From an uncultured Clostridium sp. (lineage in GTDB: Bacteria > Bacillota > Clostridia > TANB77 > CAG-508): a DNA stretch of 39,065 nucleotides. The position numbers were made by a program, and so were the translations under genes. The stretch spans positions 1 to 39,065 of the forward strand of contig CANTHA010000003.1 in assembly GCA_947653375.1 (NCBI GenBank), given 5' to 3'. This document shows positions 1 through 9,737 of this stretch, in pieces (the stretch's first letter is position 1; each line of letters opens with the position of its first letter). A model generated the notes under the pieces. The model ran no database searches. It saw only the letters and a program-made list of their open reading frames with translations, and was not told the origin of the DNA.

Positions 1-19
1 TACATAGAGGACGATTTTT

Positions 20-48
20 ATTATACTATACCACTTTCTCTTTGTCAA
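20..48 (-). promoter_or_regulatory. Consensus sigma-A promoter firing off the left end of the window
   Basis: On the - strand: TTGACA (48-43), 17-nt spacer, TATAAT (25-20). Confidence 0.8.
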
Positions 49-187
49 CACTTTTCGACGATTTTTTAAATTTATTTTTGGCAAAATAAAAAACTAGTAA
101 TTTACAGTTATATTTTATGATGTATAATTCATTTTTATTACTAATTTATAAGTATTTTTTCGTCAGTGATTTATTAGGTACTTTTTT

Positions 188-216
188 ATAATACCATTTC
201 CAATATAAAATGTCAA
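188..216 (-). promoter_or_regulatory. Second, upstream sigma-A promoter in tandem with the one at 20-48
   Basis: On the - strand: TTGACA (216-211), 17 nt, TATTAT (193-188) preceded by TGn (extended -10). Confidence 0.65.
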
Positions 217-315
217 TAATTTTTATTAAGTTTTTTCATGGAATTTTCTACCATACTATCATAATTCATTAATGGATTTTTATAATATATTTAAAATCAT
301 CTAAATAGATAATTT

Positions 316-549
316 TTATATTTCCACAATAATCAAATCATCTCCTATGCACTTTATGTTTTTCCATGGAATTACCACTTCGTTATTTGTAGAAAATATA
401 TTAAGCATTTTATTATTCCCTGGAACTATTATATGTGTAATTGTTCCTGTTTCTAAATCTGCACATACATCTTGAACATAACCTAATCTTTTACCATTAG
501 TTATATTAACAACTTCTTTATGTTTAAAGTCTAGACCCTTATCTTGCAT
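316..549 (-). CDS. ylmC: YlmC/YmxH family sporulation protein (PRC-barrel)
   Basis: KEVVNITNGKRLG and IPWKNIKCIGDDLIIV motifs; lies downstream of sigG. Confidence 0.9.
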   Translation of the reverse strand: MQDKGLDFKHKEVVNITNGKRLGYVQDVCADLETGTITHIIVPGNNKMLNIFSTNNEVVIPWKNIKCIGDDLIIVEI

Positions 550-589
550 AATTCCACTCCATTCTTATATTATTATATTCGATTAACTA

Positions 590-620
590 AAAAAATAAAC
601 CAATTTATGGTTTATTTTTT
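590..620. terminator. Probable intrinsic terminator after the 513-aa gene
   Basis: aaaaaataaacca-attta-tggtttatttttt inverted repeat with A/T tails. Confidence 0.6.
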
Positions 621-647
621 ATTTATCATATATAATTACATTTTATT

Positions 648-2189
648 TTAATCTTCAATTCCTAATTCTTTAACAACGTCTTGCATTTTTGTTTGAAAAT
701 TATTTGAAATATCTTTCATTATATTTGTAATTTCTTCATTATTCATATCATTTAACTTAATTATATTATTGTTATCTAATTCTTCAATATTTACATTATT
801 CTTAAATTCTAATGAATTTTCTAATTTTGCTCCAACTGACATATCATCATTTTCAATGGTTATATCCATATTCAATTCATTTTTATCAGATTTATTTTTT
901 CCTTTTGACTCTATATTAAACTTAACCTTTGCTTTTTCTTCAGATTCTTCAGTAATTCTTATTTTTCCATTTAATACTGTTTTATCTGTTTGCTCATCTA
1001 ATGTATATTCTATTTTTATTTTATTTTGAACTTTAGTTTTTTGTCTTTTATATGTTCGTGAACTATATGATGAAACTCTTTCTGTTGGTATTATCATTTC
1101 TATATAATTTTTTCCGTCTACTATATAATTGTCTATAATTATCTTATCTTCTTTACTTGAAAATTCTGTTCTACATGTTTTTCCTTTATTTTGATATACA
1201 GAAATTGAAATTGAAGAACTTTCACTTGCATTATCTAATTCATTTCTTAATTTTTCTATTGTATCTTCAATATCTTCAATTAATTCTTCTTTTGTTATAG
1301 TTAAATCTTTATTACTTCTGTAAGAATTTGTATTTATTTCTGTAAATGAATTATCAACACATTTATTATATTTATCAACTATTATATCTAGCGTTGTTTC
1401 ATCTGATTTTAATGTATTCATAAAATTTATTGCTATATTAAGCATTTCTTTTTCATTTAATGTTAATGTATATTTTGTAGCTCTTTTATTTTCTCCATTT
1501 ATAGTTATTTCAGTATTATTCTCTATTTTAATATTGCTGTTGTTAATATTTTTATCAATAAATTTCGAATATGTTTCCTTAATTGATTTTTGATCTTTTT
1601 CACTAATATATAATAAGTCATATATATCTATTTGTTCTATCTTATCTGGCATAGCTTCTATTATATCGCTATCTAATCCTATTTTTTTCATAAATTCTTT
1701 TAAGTTATTATTTTCAATAGCTATATATTTATCACCATATATATAATCAGATTTTACTGCATATATATCATTATTTTGAACTAATTCTACTGTTCCTAAA
1801 TCTTTTCCATCATATCCTATATTTAATTTATTATATGATTTATTTTCATTAGGATTCACAGTCTGCTCTAATCTATAATCCATTTTATTGATAAATTCAT
1901 ATTCATCACTTGAACTATTTCTTAAATAGTTTATACCTTTTGATTCTACATTTAGTTTTAAATTCATATTAGAATTATATGATTTACTTTTAGTTTTCTC
2001 AATTGAATCTAAAATATCATTATAGTCTAAACTAGTTTGCATTGGTATTTGTTTACCTAAATATTTAAAAAATAATTGCTTTGGTGTTTTAAACATGTCT
2101 GTCATAAAATATAATATTGCAAATACTGCAATTACTGAAAGAATTGCTATAGTAATACTAATTATAACAATTTTTTTATTTGATTTCAT
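648..2189 (-). CDS. Hypothetical membrane-anchored extracytoplasmic protein (513 aa)
   Basis: Basic N-terminus plus one hydrophobic helix, then a long hydrophilic domain; GGAGG RBS upstream. Confidence 0.8.
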   Translation of the reverse strand: MKSNKKIVIISITIAILSVIAVFAILYFMTDMFKTPKQLFFKYLGKQIPMQTSLDYNDILDSIEKTKSKSYNSNMNLKLNVESKGINYLRNSSSDEYEFINKMDYRLEQTVNPNENKSYNKLNIGYDGKDLGTVELVQNNDIYAVKSDYIYGDKYIAIENNNLKEFMKKIGLDSDIIEAMPDKIEQIDIYDLLYISEKDQKSIKETYSKFIDKNINNSNIKIENNTEITINGENKRATKYTLTLNEKEMLNIAINFMNTLKSDETTLDIIVDKYNKCVDNSFTEINTNSYRSNKDLTITKEELIEDIEDTIEKLRNELDNASESSSISISVYQNKGKTCRTEFSSKEDKIIIDNYIVDGKNYIEMIIPTERVSSYSSRTYKRQKTKVQNKIKIEYTLDEQTDKTVLNGKIRITEESEEKAKVKFNIESKGKNKSDKNELNMDITIENDDMSVGAKLENSLEFKNNVNIEELDNNNIIKLNDMNNEEITNIMKDISNNFQTKMQDVVKELGIED

Positions 2190-2289
2190 ATTATTCCTCC
2201 TTTAATATATAAATAATACTACTTTTTTATTTTTTTTGCAACAATTATTTTTTCAAGTTTCGACTTTTTTAATTCAAAAGTTAACCATT

Positions 2290-3066
2290 TTACTTATAAA
2301 ATCTTTTAATATGTTGAATAGCACTTTTTTCTAATCTAGATACTTGAGCTTGTGATATTCCTATCTCTTCTGCTACCTCCATTTGAGTTCTTCCATCAAA
2401 AAACCTTTTAGTAATTATCATCTTTTCTTTTTCATTTAATTTTTCTAATGCTCCAGATATAGTCATATTTTCTGCCCACAATTCGTCCGTATTTTTAGTA
2501 TCTTTTACTTGTTCAATAACATATATACTGTCTGCTCCATCATTATAAACTGGCTCTTGTAAAGAGATTGGATCTTGTATTGCACTAAAACTAAAAGCTA
2601 TCTCTTCCTTTTCTACTCCCAATTCTTTTGCAATTTTTTCAATATTGGGCTCTTCTCCATGTTCTTTTGTATACCTTTCTTTAAATTGTATTGCTTTATA
2701 TGCTAAATCTCTAACAGACCTACTAACACGAATACTATTATTATCTCTTAAATATCTTTTTACTTCCCCTATTATCATCGGTACTGCATACGTACTAAAT
2801 TGTACATTTTGGCTTAAATCAAAATTATCAATTGCCTTTATTAACCCTACACAACCTACCTGAAATAAATCATCTGCACTTTCCCCTCTACCATAAAATC
2901 TTTGGATAACACTTAATACTAATCTTAAATTCCCATTAATAAATGTATTTCTTGCTTCTTCATCTCCTGCTTTTATTTTTATAAATAGTTCTTCTTTTTC
3001 TTCTCTACTTAATAAAGGTAATTTAGATGTGTTTACTCCACATATTTCTACTTTATTATTTATCAA
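2290..3066 (-). CDS. sigG: RNA polymerase sporulation sigma factor SigG
   Basis: NKVEICGVNTSKLP N-terminus, FSTYAVPMIIGEVKRYLRDN, TQMEVAEEIGISQAQVSRLEK; TTG start with AGGAGG. Confidence 0.97.
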   Translation of the reverse strand: MINNKVEICGVNTSKLPLLSREEKEELFIKIKAGDEEARNTFINGNLRLVLSVIQRFYGRGESADDLFQVGCVGLIKAIDNFDLSQNVQFSTYAVPMIIGEVKRYLRDNNSIRVSRSVRDLAYKAIQFKERYTKEHGEEPNIEKIAKELGVEKEEIAFSFSAIQDPISLQEPVYNDGADSIYVIEQVKDTKNTDELWAENMTISGALEKLNEKEKMIITKRFFDGRTQMEVAEEIGISQAQVSRLEKSAIQHIKRFYK

Positions 3067-3096
3067 AAGAAAAACCTCCTTTAAAATTACTTGAAA

Positions 3097-3126
3097 TAAG
3101 TATTTCCAAAAGAGATCTTTTTATTC
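3097..3126 (-). promoter_or_regulatory. SigF/SigG-type promoter of sigG
   Basis: GAATA-N14-GGAAATACTTA on the - strand, resembling the Bacillus sigG promoter layout with its short spacer. Confidence 0.65.
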
Positions 3127-3141
3127 AATTTCATATAAACT

Positions 3142-3166
3142 AACTGCTCTCATTCCGAGAGCAGTT
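3142..3166 (-). terminator. Hairpin or terminator after the 114-aa insert gene
   Basis: aactgctctc-attcc-gagagcagtt, perfect 10-bp stem. Confidence 0.6.
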
Positions 3167-3174
3167 TAGCAATT

Positions 3175-3519
3175 TTACAGATTGTTCAAAAAGTTTTCAT
3201 GTCGTTTAATTCTCATTTCATCATAGTGTCTACGTGTTGACGATGCAGCTGATGCATAATGATTTCTTTGAGTTGATAATGCTTTCTCTTCCATTTCATC
3301 TACAGTATCTATTGAAACCCAATTGAGAACAATTGCAGTTTCTAATATCCTATAGAAGCAGTTCGCAGTAATATCATATTTTACCATAAAGTATGACCGT
3401 GCATAGTCTACGGGAAGTGTTGCATATTCGTTTGCTATTTTTTCAGAGAATTCTTTTAATTCTTCATATGTCATTGTTTCTTCCAACTTAATGAAACTCC
3501 TTCTTTTTCTTTTCTTCAT
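3175..3519 (-). CDS. Hypothetical protein (114 aa) inserted between sigE and sigG
   Basis: ORF with GGAGG RBS and its own downstream hairpin; family not recognised. Confidence 0.75.
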   Translation of the reverse strand: MKKRKRRSFIKLEETMTYEELKEFSEKIANEYATLPVDYARSYFMVKYDITANCFYRILETAIVLNWVSIDTVDEMEEKALSTQRNHYASAASSTRRHYDEMRIKRHENFLNNL

Positions 3520-3735
3520 AACTTTACCTCCATTTAGAGTATTAGTTTACGAGCTACAATTCATATTTAATATTATACCTTATTTATACACTCTTTTCTA
3601 GTTGATTATGGCAATTATTTACTTAAATATTTAAATGCAATTTTATATTATTAAAAATTAGTAATTTGCATTTAATTGCTTAAAATAACAGTAACTATTC
3701 AGAGATAAAAGTTATTTAAAGAAATATATAAATTC

Positions 3736-3776
3736 GACAAAAATGAGACGAAAAAGACCTGTCCCAAACGTCTCAT
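3736..3776. repeat. REP-like palindromic element, copy 1 (contains the sigE stop codon)
   Basis: gacaaaaatgagacgaaaaagacctgtcccaaacgtctcat; ATGAGACG/CGTCTCAT stem; 37 of 41 identical to 26043-26083. Confidence 0.85.
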
Positions 3777-4510
3777 CCTATTTTACTAGTAATGTCTTTT
3801 TTCATTTTCCCTATTATCTTTTTTTCTAGCCTAGAAATATAGCTTTGAGATATTCCCAATTCATCTGCCACTTCTTTTTGTGTTTTTTCTTTGCCTGTTT
3901 TAAACCCAAACCTCATTTCCATTATATCTTTTTCTCTTTCATTTAGTTTTGTTATTGATGCTCGTAATAGTGTTTTATCTACTTCATCTTCTAAATTTCT
4001 TGAAGTTATGTCTGGTTCTGTTCCTAAAATATCGGATAATAATAATTCATTTCCGTCTCCATCTTTATTTAAAGGTTCATCTATGGAAACTTCTCCTTTA
4101 ATTTTATTATTCTTCCTTAAAAACATTAATATCTCATTTTCTATGCATCTTGATGCATATGTAGCTAGTTTTATTTTTTTATCAGAATTGAAAGTATTAA
4201 CTCCTTTCATTAATCCTATTGTTCCTATTGAAATTAAATCTTCAATTCCAATACCTGTGTTTTCAAATTTCTTTGCTATGTATACAACTAATCTCAAATT
4301 TCGTTCCACTAATTTTTGTCTTATTAACAAATTATCTTCTTTTGATAACTGCTCAATAAGTTCTGCCTCCTCTTCTGGTGGTAATGGTGGTGGTAATGTT
4401 TGACTTCCTGCTATATAAAAAATAGGAAGATATTCTATTTCATTATTTTCATTTAAATACTTAGCACAAATTGTGTTTATGCTATTTTTTAATAAATCTA
4501 CAATTTTCAT
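3773..4510 (-). CDS. sigE: RNA polymerase sporulation sigma factor SigE (pro-SigE)
   Basis: [58 protein letters not shown]; follows spoIIGA. Confidence 0.96.
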   Translation of the reverse strand: MKIVDLLKNSINTICAKYLNENNEIEYLPIFYIAGSQTLPPPLPPEEEAELIEQLSKEDNLLIRQKLVERNLRLVVYIAKKFENTGIGIEDLISIGTIGLMKGVNTFNSDKKIKLATYASRCIENEILMFLRKNNKIKGEVSIDEPLNKDGDGNELLLSDILGTEPDITSRNLEDEVDKTLLRASITKLNEREKDIMEMRFGFKTGKEKTQKEVADELGISQSYISRLEKKIIGKMKKDITSKIG

Positions 4511-4609
4511 CTTCTCACTCCTTTCAATTATTTAATTAGATTTTGCTAATTATTTTAGATAGAAGAATTTATTTACTTTGTCTAATTACATTTGTATATG
4601 TTTATTTAT

Positions 4610-5500
4610 TTAGTTCCATAATTCCATTCCTATTAAAGCTCTATATTCTCCTCTCTTTGTAAGAGATTTATTATAAATACCTATAATTACTTTTTCTATT
4701 TTTTTAATATTTCCATCAACAATTACATTAACTGCCTCTGGTTTTATACCTAATAGCATTCCATTTTCTTTACCTAATGATGAAAATGGTATACATTTAA
4801 GTTTTGTCATATATTCATTTTTTATTTCATCTGATACAGTATCAAAATCACCTCCTAGTATTTTTTCTAAATTATCTAATATTTCCTTTGGTATACATTC
4901 ATATAAAAGTGTATGTTCTACCACTATTACAGGGGTATTTGTTATTGGTTCTTTTAATAAATTTCCTGTATCGAACATAGCTTTTACTTCTATTTTTTTA
5001 TTGTTTAATATAATTTCTAAATCACAAAATATATCTTTTTGAGTAATTCTTAATCTCACAATTTTAAAAGCTGTAATAATTATAATAAATGCAATAATTG
5101 AACCTAAAAATATTGTTTTTAGAGGATATGTTCCTAGAAACAGTCCATTTTTCATTAATATATCTTGTGGTTTTATAATATAAATAAATGCAAATGCTGC
5201 ACCTCCAAATACAAATGAAGATAAGTAAAAAATCAATACATCTTTACACAATTGTTTAACATTTTGTGGATTATATGCAATATAAACAATAAGAACTGAT
5301 AAAATTATTTTTAAAACAATGCTAGAATATATACCTAAATTTGATATATAAGCTACTATAGAATATATTGCTCCTAATAAACTTGATAATATTAACCTTT
5401 TATGAATTATTTTTTTCTTTAAAATTATTCCAGTTGCAAATAAAATAATATAATTCATTATTAAATTTTCAATTAAAACAACATCTATATAAATAGTCAT
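4610..5500 (-). CDS. spoIIGA: Pro-SigE processing aspartic peptidase SpoIIGA
   Basis: IYIDVVLIENLIMNY N-terminus, several TM helices, DTGNLLKEPIT catalytic motif. Confidence 0.95.
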   Translation of the reverse strand: MTIYIDVVLIENLIMNYIILFATGIILKKKIIHKRLILSSLLGAIYSIVAYISNLGIYSSIVLKIILSVLIVYIAYNPQNVKQLCKDVLIFYLSSFVFGGAAFAFIYIIKPQDILMKNGLFLGTYPLKTIFLGSIIAFIIIITAFKIVRLRITQKDIFCDLEIILNNKKIEVKAMFDTGNLLKEPITNTPVIVVEHTLLYECIPKEILDNLEKILGGDFDTVSDEIKNEYMTKLKCIPFSSLGKENGMLLGIKPEAVNVIVDGNIKKIEKVIIGIYNKSLTKRGEYRALIGMELWN

Positions 5501-5568
5501 TTAACCACCTGTGAATATTATTTTACTACTTATATTTTAAAAATACTGTCTTTTTTTATTGCAGAAAA

Positions 5569-5602
5569 AAAGAAATAATCGATAAATTTCGATTATTTCT
5601 TT
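5569..5602. terminator. Terminator after ftsZ
   Basis: aaagaaataatcga-taaatt-tcgattatttcttt, 14-bp stem followed by a U-run on the - strand. Confidence 0.7.
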
Positions 5603-5629
5603 CTATTTTTTTATATTTTAATCATTAAA

Positions 5630-6751
5630 TTACATATTTTTATTTTTAGGTTTTCTTAAAAAAGAAGGAATATCTAAATCATTTTGTGATGAACCTGATT
5701 CTGAACTAGATGGTATTGAATTTATTTTCTTTTCCCATGTTTTTGATACTATATCTCCTACACCAATACTTGTAATTGGTTCATTTTTTTCAAAACCTGT
5801 TGCAATTACTGTTATTTGAATTTCATCTGTCATATTTGTATCTGTTACTGTACCAAATATAATATTTGCTTCTGGATCTACACTTCTTTGAACTAATTCA
5901 GCAGCTGTATTAACTTCATGTAATCCTAAATCTTCTCCACCTGTAATATTTATAATTACTCCTTTAGCTCCTTCTATTGAAGTTTCTAATAGTGGACTTT
6001 GAATTGCTTCTTTTGCAGCATCTTCTGCTCTATTTTCTCCAGATGCACTACCAACACCCATGTGAGCCATTCCTTGATTTAACATTATTGTTTTAACATC
6101 TGCAAAGTCTAGATTTACAAGACCTGGTATAGCAATTAAGTCTGATATACCTTGTACACCTTGTCTTAATATATCATCTGCCATTTTAAAAGCTTCTATA
6201 ATTGATGTTTTTCTATCTATTATTTGTAATAATTTATCATTTGGTATTACAACTAGAGTATCAACTTTTCCTTTTAAACTTTCTATTCCTCTTTCTGCTT
6301 GTGATAATCTTTTTTTACCTTCAAAAGTAAATGGCTTTGTAACAACACCTATTGTTAATATTCCCATTTCTTTTGCAGCTTGAGCAACTATTGGTGCAGC
6401 ACCTGTACCTGTTCCTCCACCCATTCCAGCTGTAACAAATACCATATCTGCTCCTCTTAATACTTCTGCTACTTCTGCTTTACTTTCTTCAGCTGATTGA
6501 GCTCCAATGTCAGGATTTGCTCCTGCTCCTAATCCTCTTGTTATTTTTTCTCCTATTTGAATTTTTGTACTTGCTTTTGATGTTTGAAGAGCTTGTCTAT
6601 CTGTATTAACAGCAATAAAGTCTACTCCCTTTATTCCTGCATCAATCATTCTATTTACAGCATTGTTTCCTGCTCCTCCTACACCTATAACTTTGATAGT
6701 AGCTGTTCCATCTATCATCGCCATATTGCTATCATCATTATATTCCATCAT
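5630..6751 (-). CDS. ftsZ: Cell division protein FtsZ
   Basis: GGGTGTG tubulin signature, NLDFADV, C-terminal DIPSFLR. Confidence 0.99.
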   Translation of the reverse strand: MMEYNDDSNMAMIDGTATIKVIGVGGAGNNAVNRMIDAGIKGVDFIAVNTDRQALQTSKASTKIQIGEKITRGLGAGANPDIGAQSAEESKAEVAEVLRGADMVFVTAGMGGGTGTGAAPIVAQAAKEMGILTIGVVTKPFTFEGKKRLSQAERGIESLKGKVDTLVVIPNDKLLQIIDRKTSIIEAFKMADDILRQGVQGISDLIAIPGLVNLDFADVKTIMLNQGMAHMGVGSASGENRAEDAAKEAIQSPLLETSIEGAKGVIINITGGEDLGLHEVNTAAELVQRSVDPEANIIFGTVTDTNMTDEIQITVIATGFEKNEPITSIGVGDIVSKTWEKKINSIPSSSESGSSQNDLDIPSFLRKPKNKNM

Positions 6752-6801
6752 TTAGTTTTTCCTCCCTTATTTAATATATATTTAAAATTTAATAACATTA
6801 A

Positions 6802-8031
6802 TTATGAATAAAAGAATTCTTTAATTCTTTCAAAAATTGTTTTTAATATGTGTTCGTCATTTTGTGTATCAATATCACTAGATACTGTTTTTGCAAATGG
6901 TCTTGCTGCTATATATCTAACTAGTGCATATGGTGTTCTATATGCTGGTCTTACTGTATTTATGGCTCTACCAGTTGATATTTTAACTGGTATATTTAAA
7001 TTTATTTTTCCTGCAACATCACTTTTGTTTATATTAATAATTCCTTGACCAGTTAATACTACATTATTTATTTTTTGTTTTATTCCTTTATTAATTATAT
7101 CTTTATTGATAATTGCAAATATTTCTTCAATTCTTGCTTCTATAATTTCTATTAGTTCTGAACTTTTTATAATTCTATTTTTATTTTGATCTTTAGAAGT
7201 ATTTAGAATAATATCATTATCATTATCAATAAATGACTTTAATGCTAGTCCATATTGTCTTTTTAATTTATCTGCTTCTTCTTGAGATATATTTAAAACT
7301 AAAGCTATATCATTTGTTATATTGTCTCCCCCTAAAGGAATAGAATTTGTATATATAAAACTTGTACCTTCAAAAACACCTATGTCTGTATTTCCTGCTC
7401 CTATATCTAGCATCATTACATTATCATGTAATTCATTTTTATCTAAAACAAGATTTCTTTCTGCTAATGTAGTAGGAACAATTCCATCTATTTCTAATCC
7501 AGCTTTTCTAAAAATACTACTTAATTGTTTTACATATTGTTTTTCAGCTAATATAACTTGTGCACTAATAGTAAAATTAGAACTTAAATTTCCTACTGGA
7601 TCTGTTACAATTGTACCATTATCTAATGTTATTTTATCTGGTACAATATCTATCAATGTCTTTTCATCTGGTATTTCTATGTCTTTAACCTGAATAATAG
7701 CATTTTGCACATCTTTTATGGATATTCCTGAATATTTGTCTTTCACATCTTTTGTTATGCTATTTTGTACAATTGTTATATATTTTCCAGGAATTGTTAC
7801 ATAGGCTGAATTTATTTTTAAATTTGTATCATCTTCGGCATCTTTTATTGTTTTTGCTATACTTAATGATATTTCATCTTCGTTTATTATTTTACCCTTC
7901 TTTAGTCCGCTACATTTATATGAGGTATTACATATTACTTCTATTTGTCCAAAGTTATTTACTTCACCTAATACTGTACTAACTTTACTTGTTCCTATGT
8001 CAATACCTACTATGATATCACCTATCGCCAA
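6802..8031 (-). CDS. ftsA: Cell division protein FtsA
   Basis: GIDIGTSKV, LDIGAGNTD, GGDNITNDIA, IIEARIEEIF; start moved to TTG at 8031 behind GGAGG. Confidence 0.95.
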   Translation of the reverse strand: MAIGDIIVGIDIGTSKVSTVLGEVNNFGQIEVICNTSYKCSGLKKGKIINEDEISLSIAKTIKDAEDDTNLKINSAYVTIPGKYITIVQNSITKDVKDKYSGISIKDVQNAIIQVKDIEIPDEKTLIDIVPDKITLDNGTIVTDPVGNLSSNFTISAQVILAEKQYVKQLSSIFRKAGLEIDGIVPTTLAERNLVLDKNELHDNVMMLDIGAGNTDIGVFEGTSFIYTNSIPLGGDNITNDIALVLNISQEEADKLKRQYGLALKSFIDNDNDIILNTSKDQNKNRIIKSSELIEIIEARIEEIFAIINKDIINKGIKQKINNVVLTGQGIININKSDVAGKINLNIPVKISTGRAINTVRPAYRTPYALVRYIAARPFAKTVSSDIDTQNDEHILKTIFERIKEFFYS

Positions 8032-8071
8032 GTTAATTCCTCCATTTTTTAGTATATTTTTTCTAAATGTA

Positions 8072-8146
8072 TATATATTACATTTTAAGACAAATGTCAA
8101 TAGAATTTGTTATATTTTTGTAATATTTTTGTAATATTTTTGTAAT
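8072..8146 (-). promoter_or_regulatory. ftsAZ sigma-A promoter with upstream WalR-type direct repeats
   Basis: TTGACA (8100-8095)-N17-TATATA; + strand TGTTAT-N5-TGTAAT-N5-TGTAAT-N5-TGTAAT at 8108-8146. Confidence 0.65.
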
Positions 8147-8604
8147 ATTATATTTTTACTTTAAGACAGAGAGCAAAAGAGGCATGATTAAAATTTCTTG
8201 ACCTTTTAGATTGCCTTCCATCCTCGTCTTTGTTCGTCCGCAAAAATTGCATAGCAATTTTCTGGGAATGCTTTATATTATAGTAAGTTCGGAGAACTTT
8301 GGTACCATATAAGTATAGATAATAATTTATTTATTTCTATACTTTTTTCCTATAATATAAAATAAAAAGCCGTTGTTATAAACATTTATAAATTCTAAAT
8401 TGTAATTTAAAAATTAAAAATTGTTTTCTCAACGTCTTTTTTCTCTTCTGTATTAATCAAATAATATTTTATTATATCTATTAGAAGAATACCTTTAGAG
8501 TAAAACTTTAATATATTAATATATTTTTTGATAAAACATAGCTTTTGTGTATCTTAATGCTATTAAGTTATAGTTTAATATATCAAAGTTTTAAAAATAT
8601 AATA

Positions 8605-8997
8605 TTACTCTTCTGTTTCTATTTTAATATTTTTACTAGTTTTTCTTTCTGATAAAATCTTTGACCACTTATCTACATAGTATCTTCTTATAATTGCTAA
8701 ATTAACAAACATTCTTCCTACAAATACTACTATTGCTGCCAAATATATATCTAAGTTTAATTTTTGACCTAATATAGTTAATAAAATTGCTAATATTGCA
8801 TTTCCAAAAAAACCTGTTGCAAATATTTTCAAATTAAAATTCTTATTAATTACAGAAGTTATACCTCCAAAGACCGAATCTAATGCAGCAATTATTGCAA
8901 TTGCTAAATAGCTTGAATATGTATAAGAAATCATTGGCACATTTATACCTACTAAAGCTCCAATTATACATCCAATTAATATTGCTATAAAAATCAT
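8605..8997 (-). CDS. sbp: Small basic family protein (Sbp/DUF1290)
   Basis: YLAIAIIAALDSVFGG, GFFGNAILA, AAIVVFVGRMFVNLAIIRR; division-cluster context. Confidence 0.9.
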   Translation of the reverse strand: MIFIAILIGCIIGALVGINVPMISYTYSSYLAIAIIAALDSVFGGITSVINKNFNLKIFATGFFGNAILAILLTILGQKLNLDIYLAAIVVFVGRMFVNLAIIRRYYVDKWSKILSERKTSKNIKIETEE

Positions 8998-9007
8998 ATT
9001 TATCCTC

Positions 9008-9715
9008 CTACTCCATATACTTTATATTTATATTATTTTCATATTTTAATATCTTAACTTTATTAGATTTATTAATAGAAACATCTTGACCTATCTTTTT
9101 CATTTCGTCAACATGACCACCATTTCCTACTAATGCACTTTCTAAATAAGATTGATTACCTATTGCTTTAATTATGTATGGTGCTAAAATCCTTTGACTA
9201 TTTATTTTTATAAATGACCCATTAATATCTACAATATCTGTCATATTCATAATTCTTTGGTCATTGATTGATATTGCTTCTGCTCCTGACATTTTAAGAG
9301 CATTTACAATAACTAATAAATCATCTGCATTTATTCTTGCAATTTCTTCATTATCAGTTTCTCTTAATGTAACTTCTATTCCCTCACCTTGTACATCTGT
9401 TTTTCCCAATAGCAAATTAACTTGAGACAATTCATCATCAAATAAATCTTCTGTTTTTTCATTTGATTGTTTATTTTGTTTATATTCTTCAATTTTTTTA
9501 GCTACCTCTTCATATTTTTGATTTGTATCTTCATATTTTGATTTCCAGTTAGCAAGTTCTGTTCTCAATTCTGCCTCTCTCATATTTTCAATAGAAGTAA
9601 TATCTGTTTCATTTACTATTTTAAATTGCATAGACATTACTAATGCCAGTGCAAAACATACAATAGTAACTGTTATAATCATTGTGACTTTCCCTTTTTT
9701 CATATTTTTTGGCAT
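9008..9715 (-). CDS. DUF881 family protein (YlxW/YlxX-like)
   Basis: TM helix, coiled coil, GKTDVQGEGIEVTL, VNALKMSGAEAISINDQRI. Confidence 0.9.
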   Translation of the reverse strand: MPKNMKKGKVTMIITVTIVCFALALVMSMQFKIVNETDITSIENMREAELRTELANWKSKYEDTNQKYEEVAKKIEEYKQNKQSNEKTEDLFDDELSQVNLLLGKTDVQGEGIEVTLRETDNEEIARINADDLLVIVNALKMSGAEAISINDQRIMNMTDIVDINGSFIKINSQRILAPYIIKAIGNQSYLESALVGNGGHVDEMKKIGQDVSINKSNKVKILKYENNINIKYME

Positions 9716-9737
9716 AAGTTTGTCCCCTTTCTAATAA

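Noticed and set aside
3733-3739. Spo0A box TGTCGAA
   Set aside because: A single 7-mer overlapping the REP-like element downstream of sigE is not enough to call functional.
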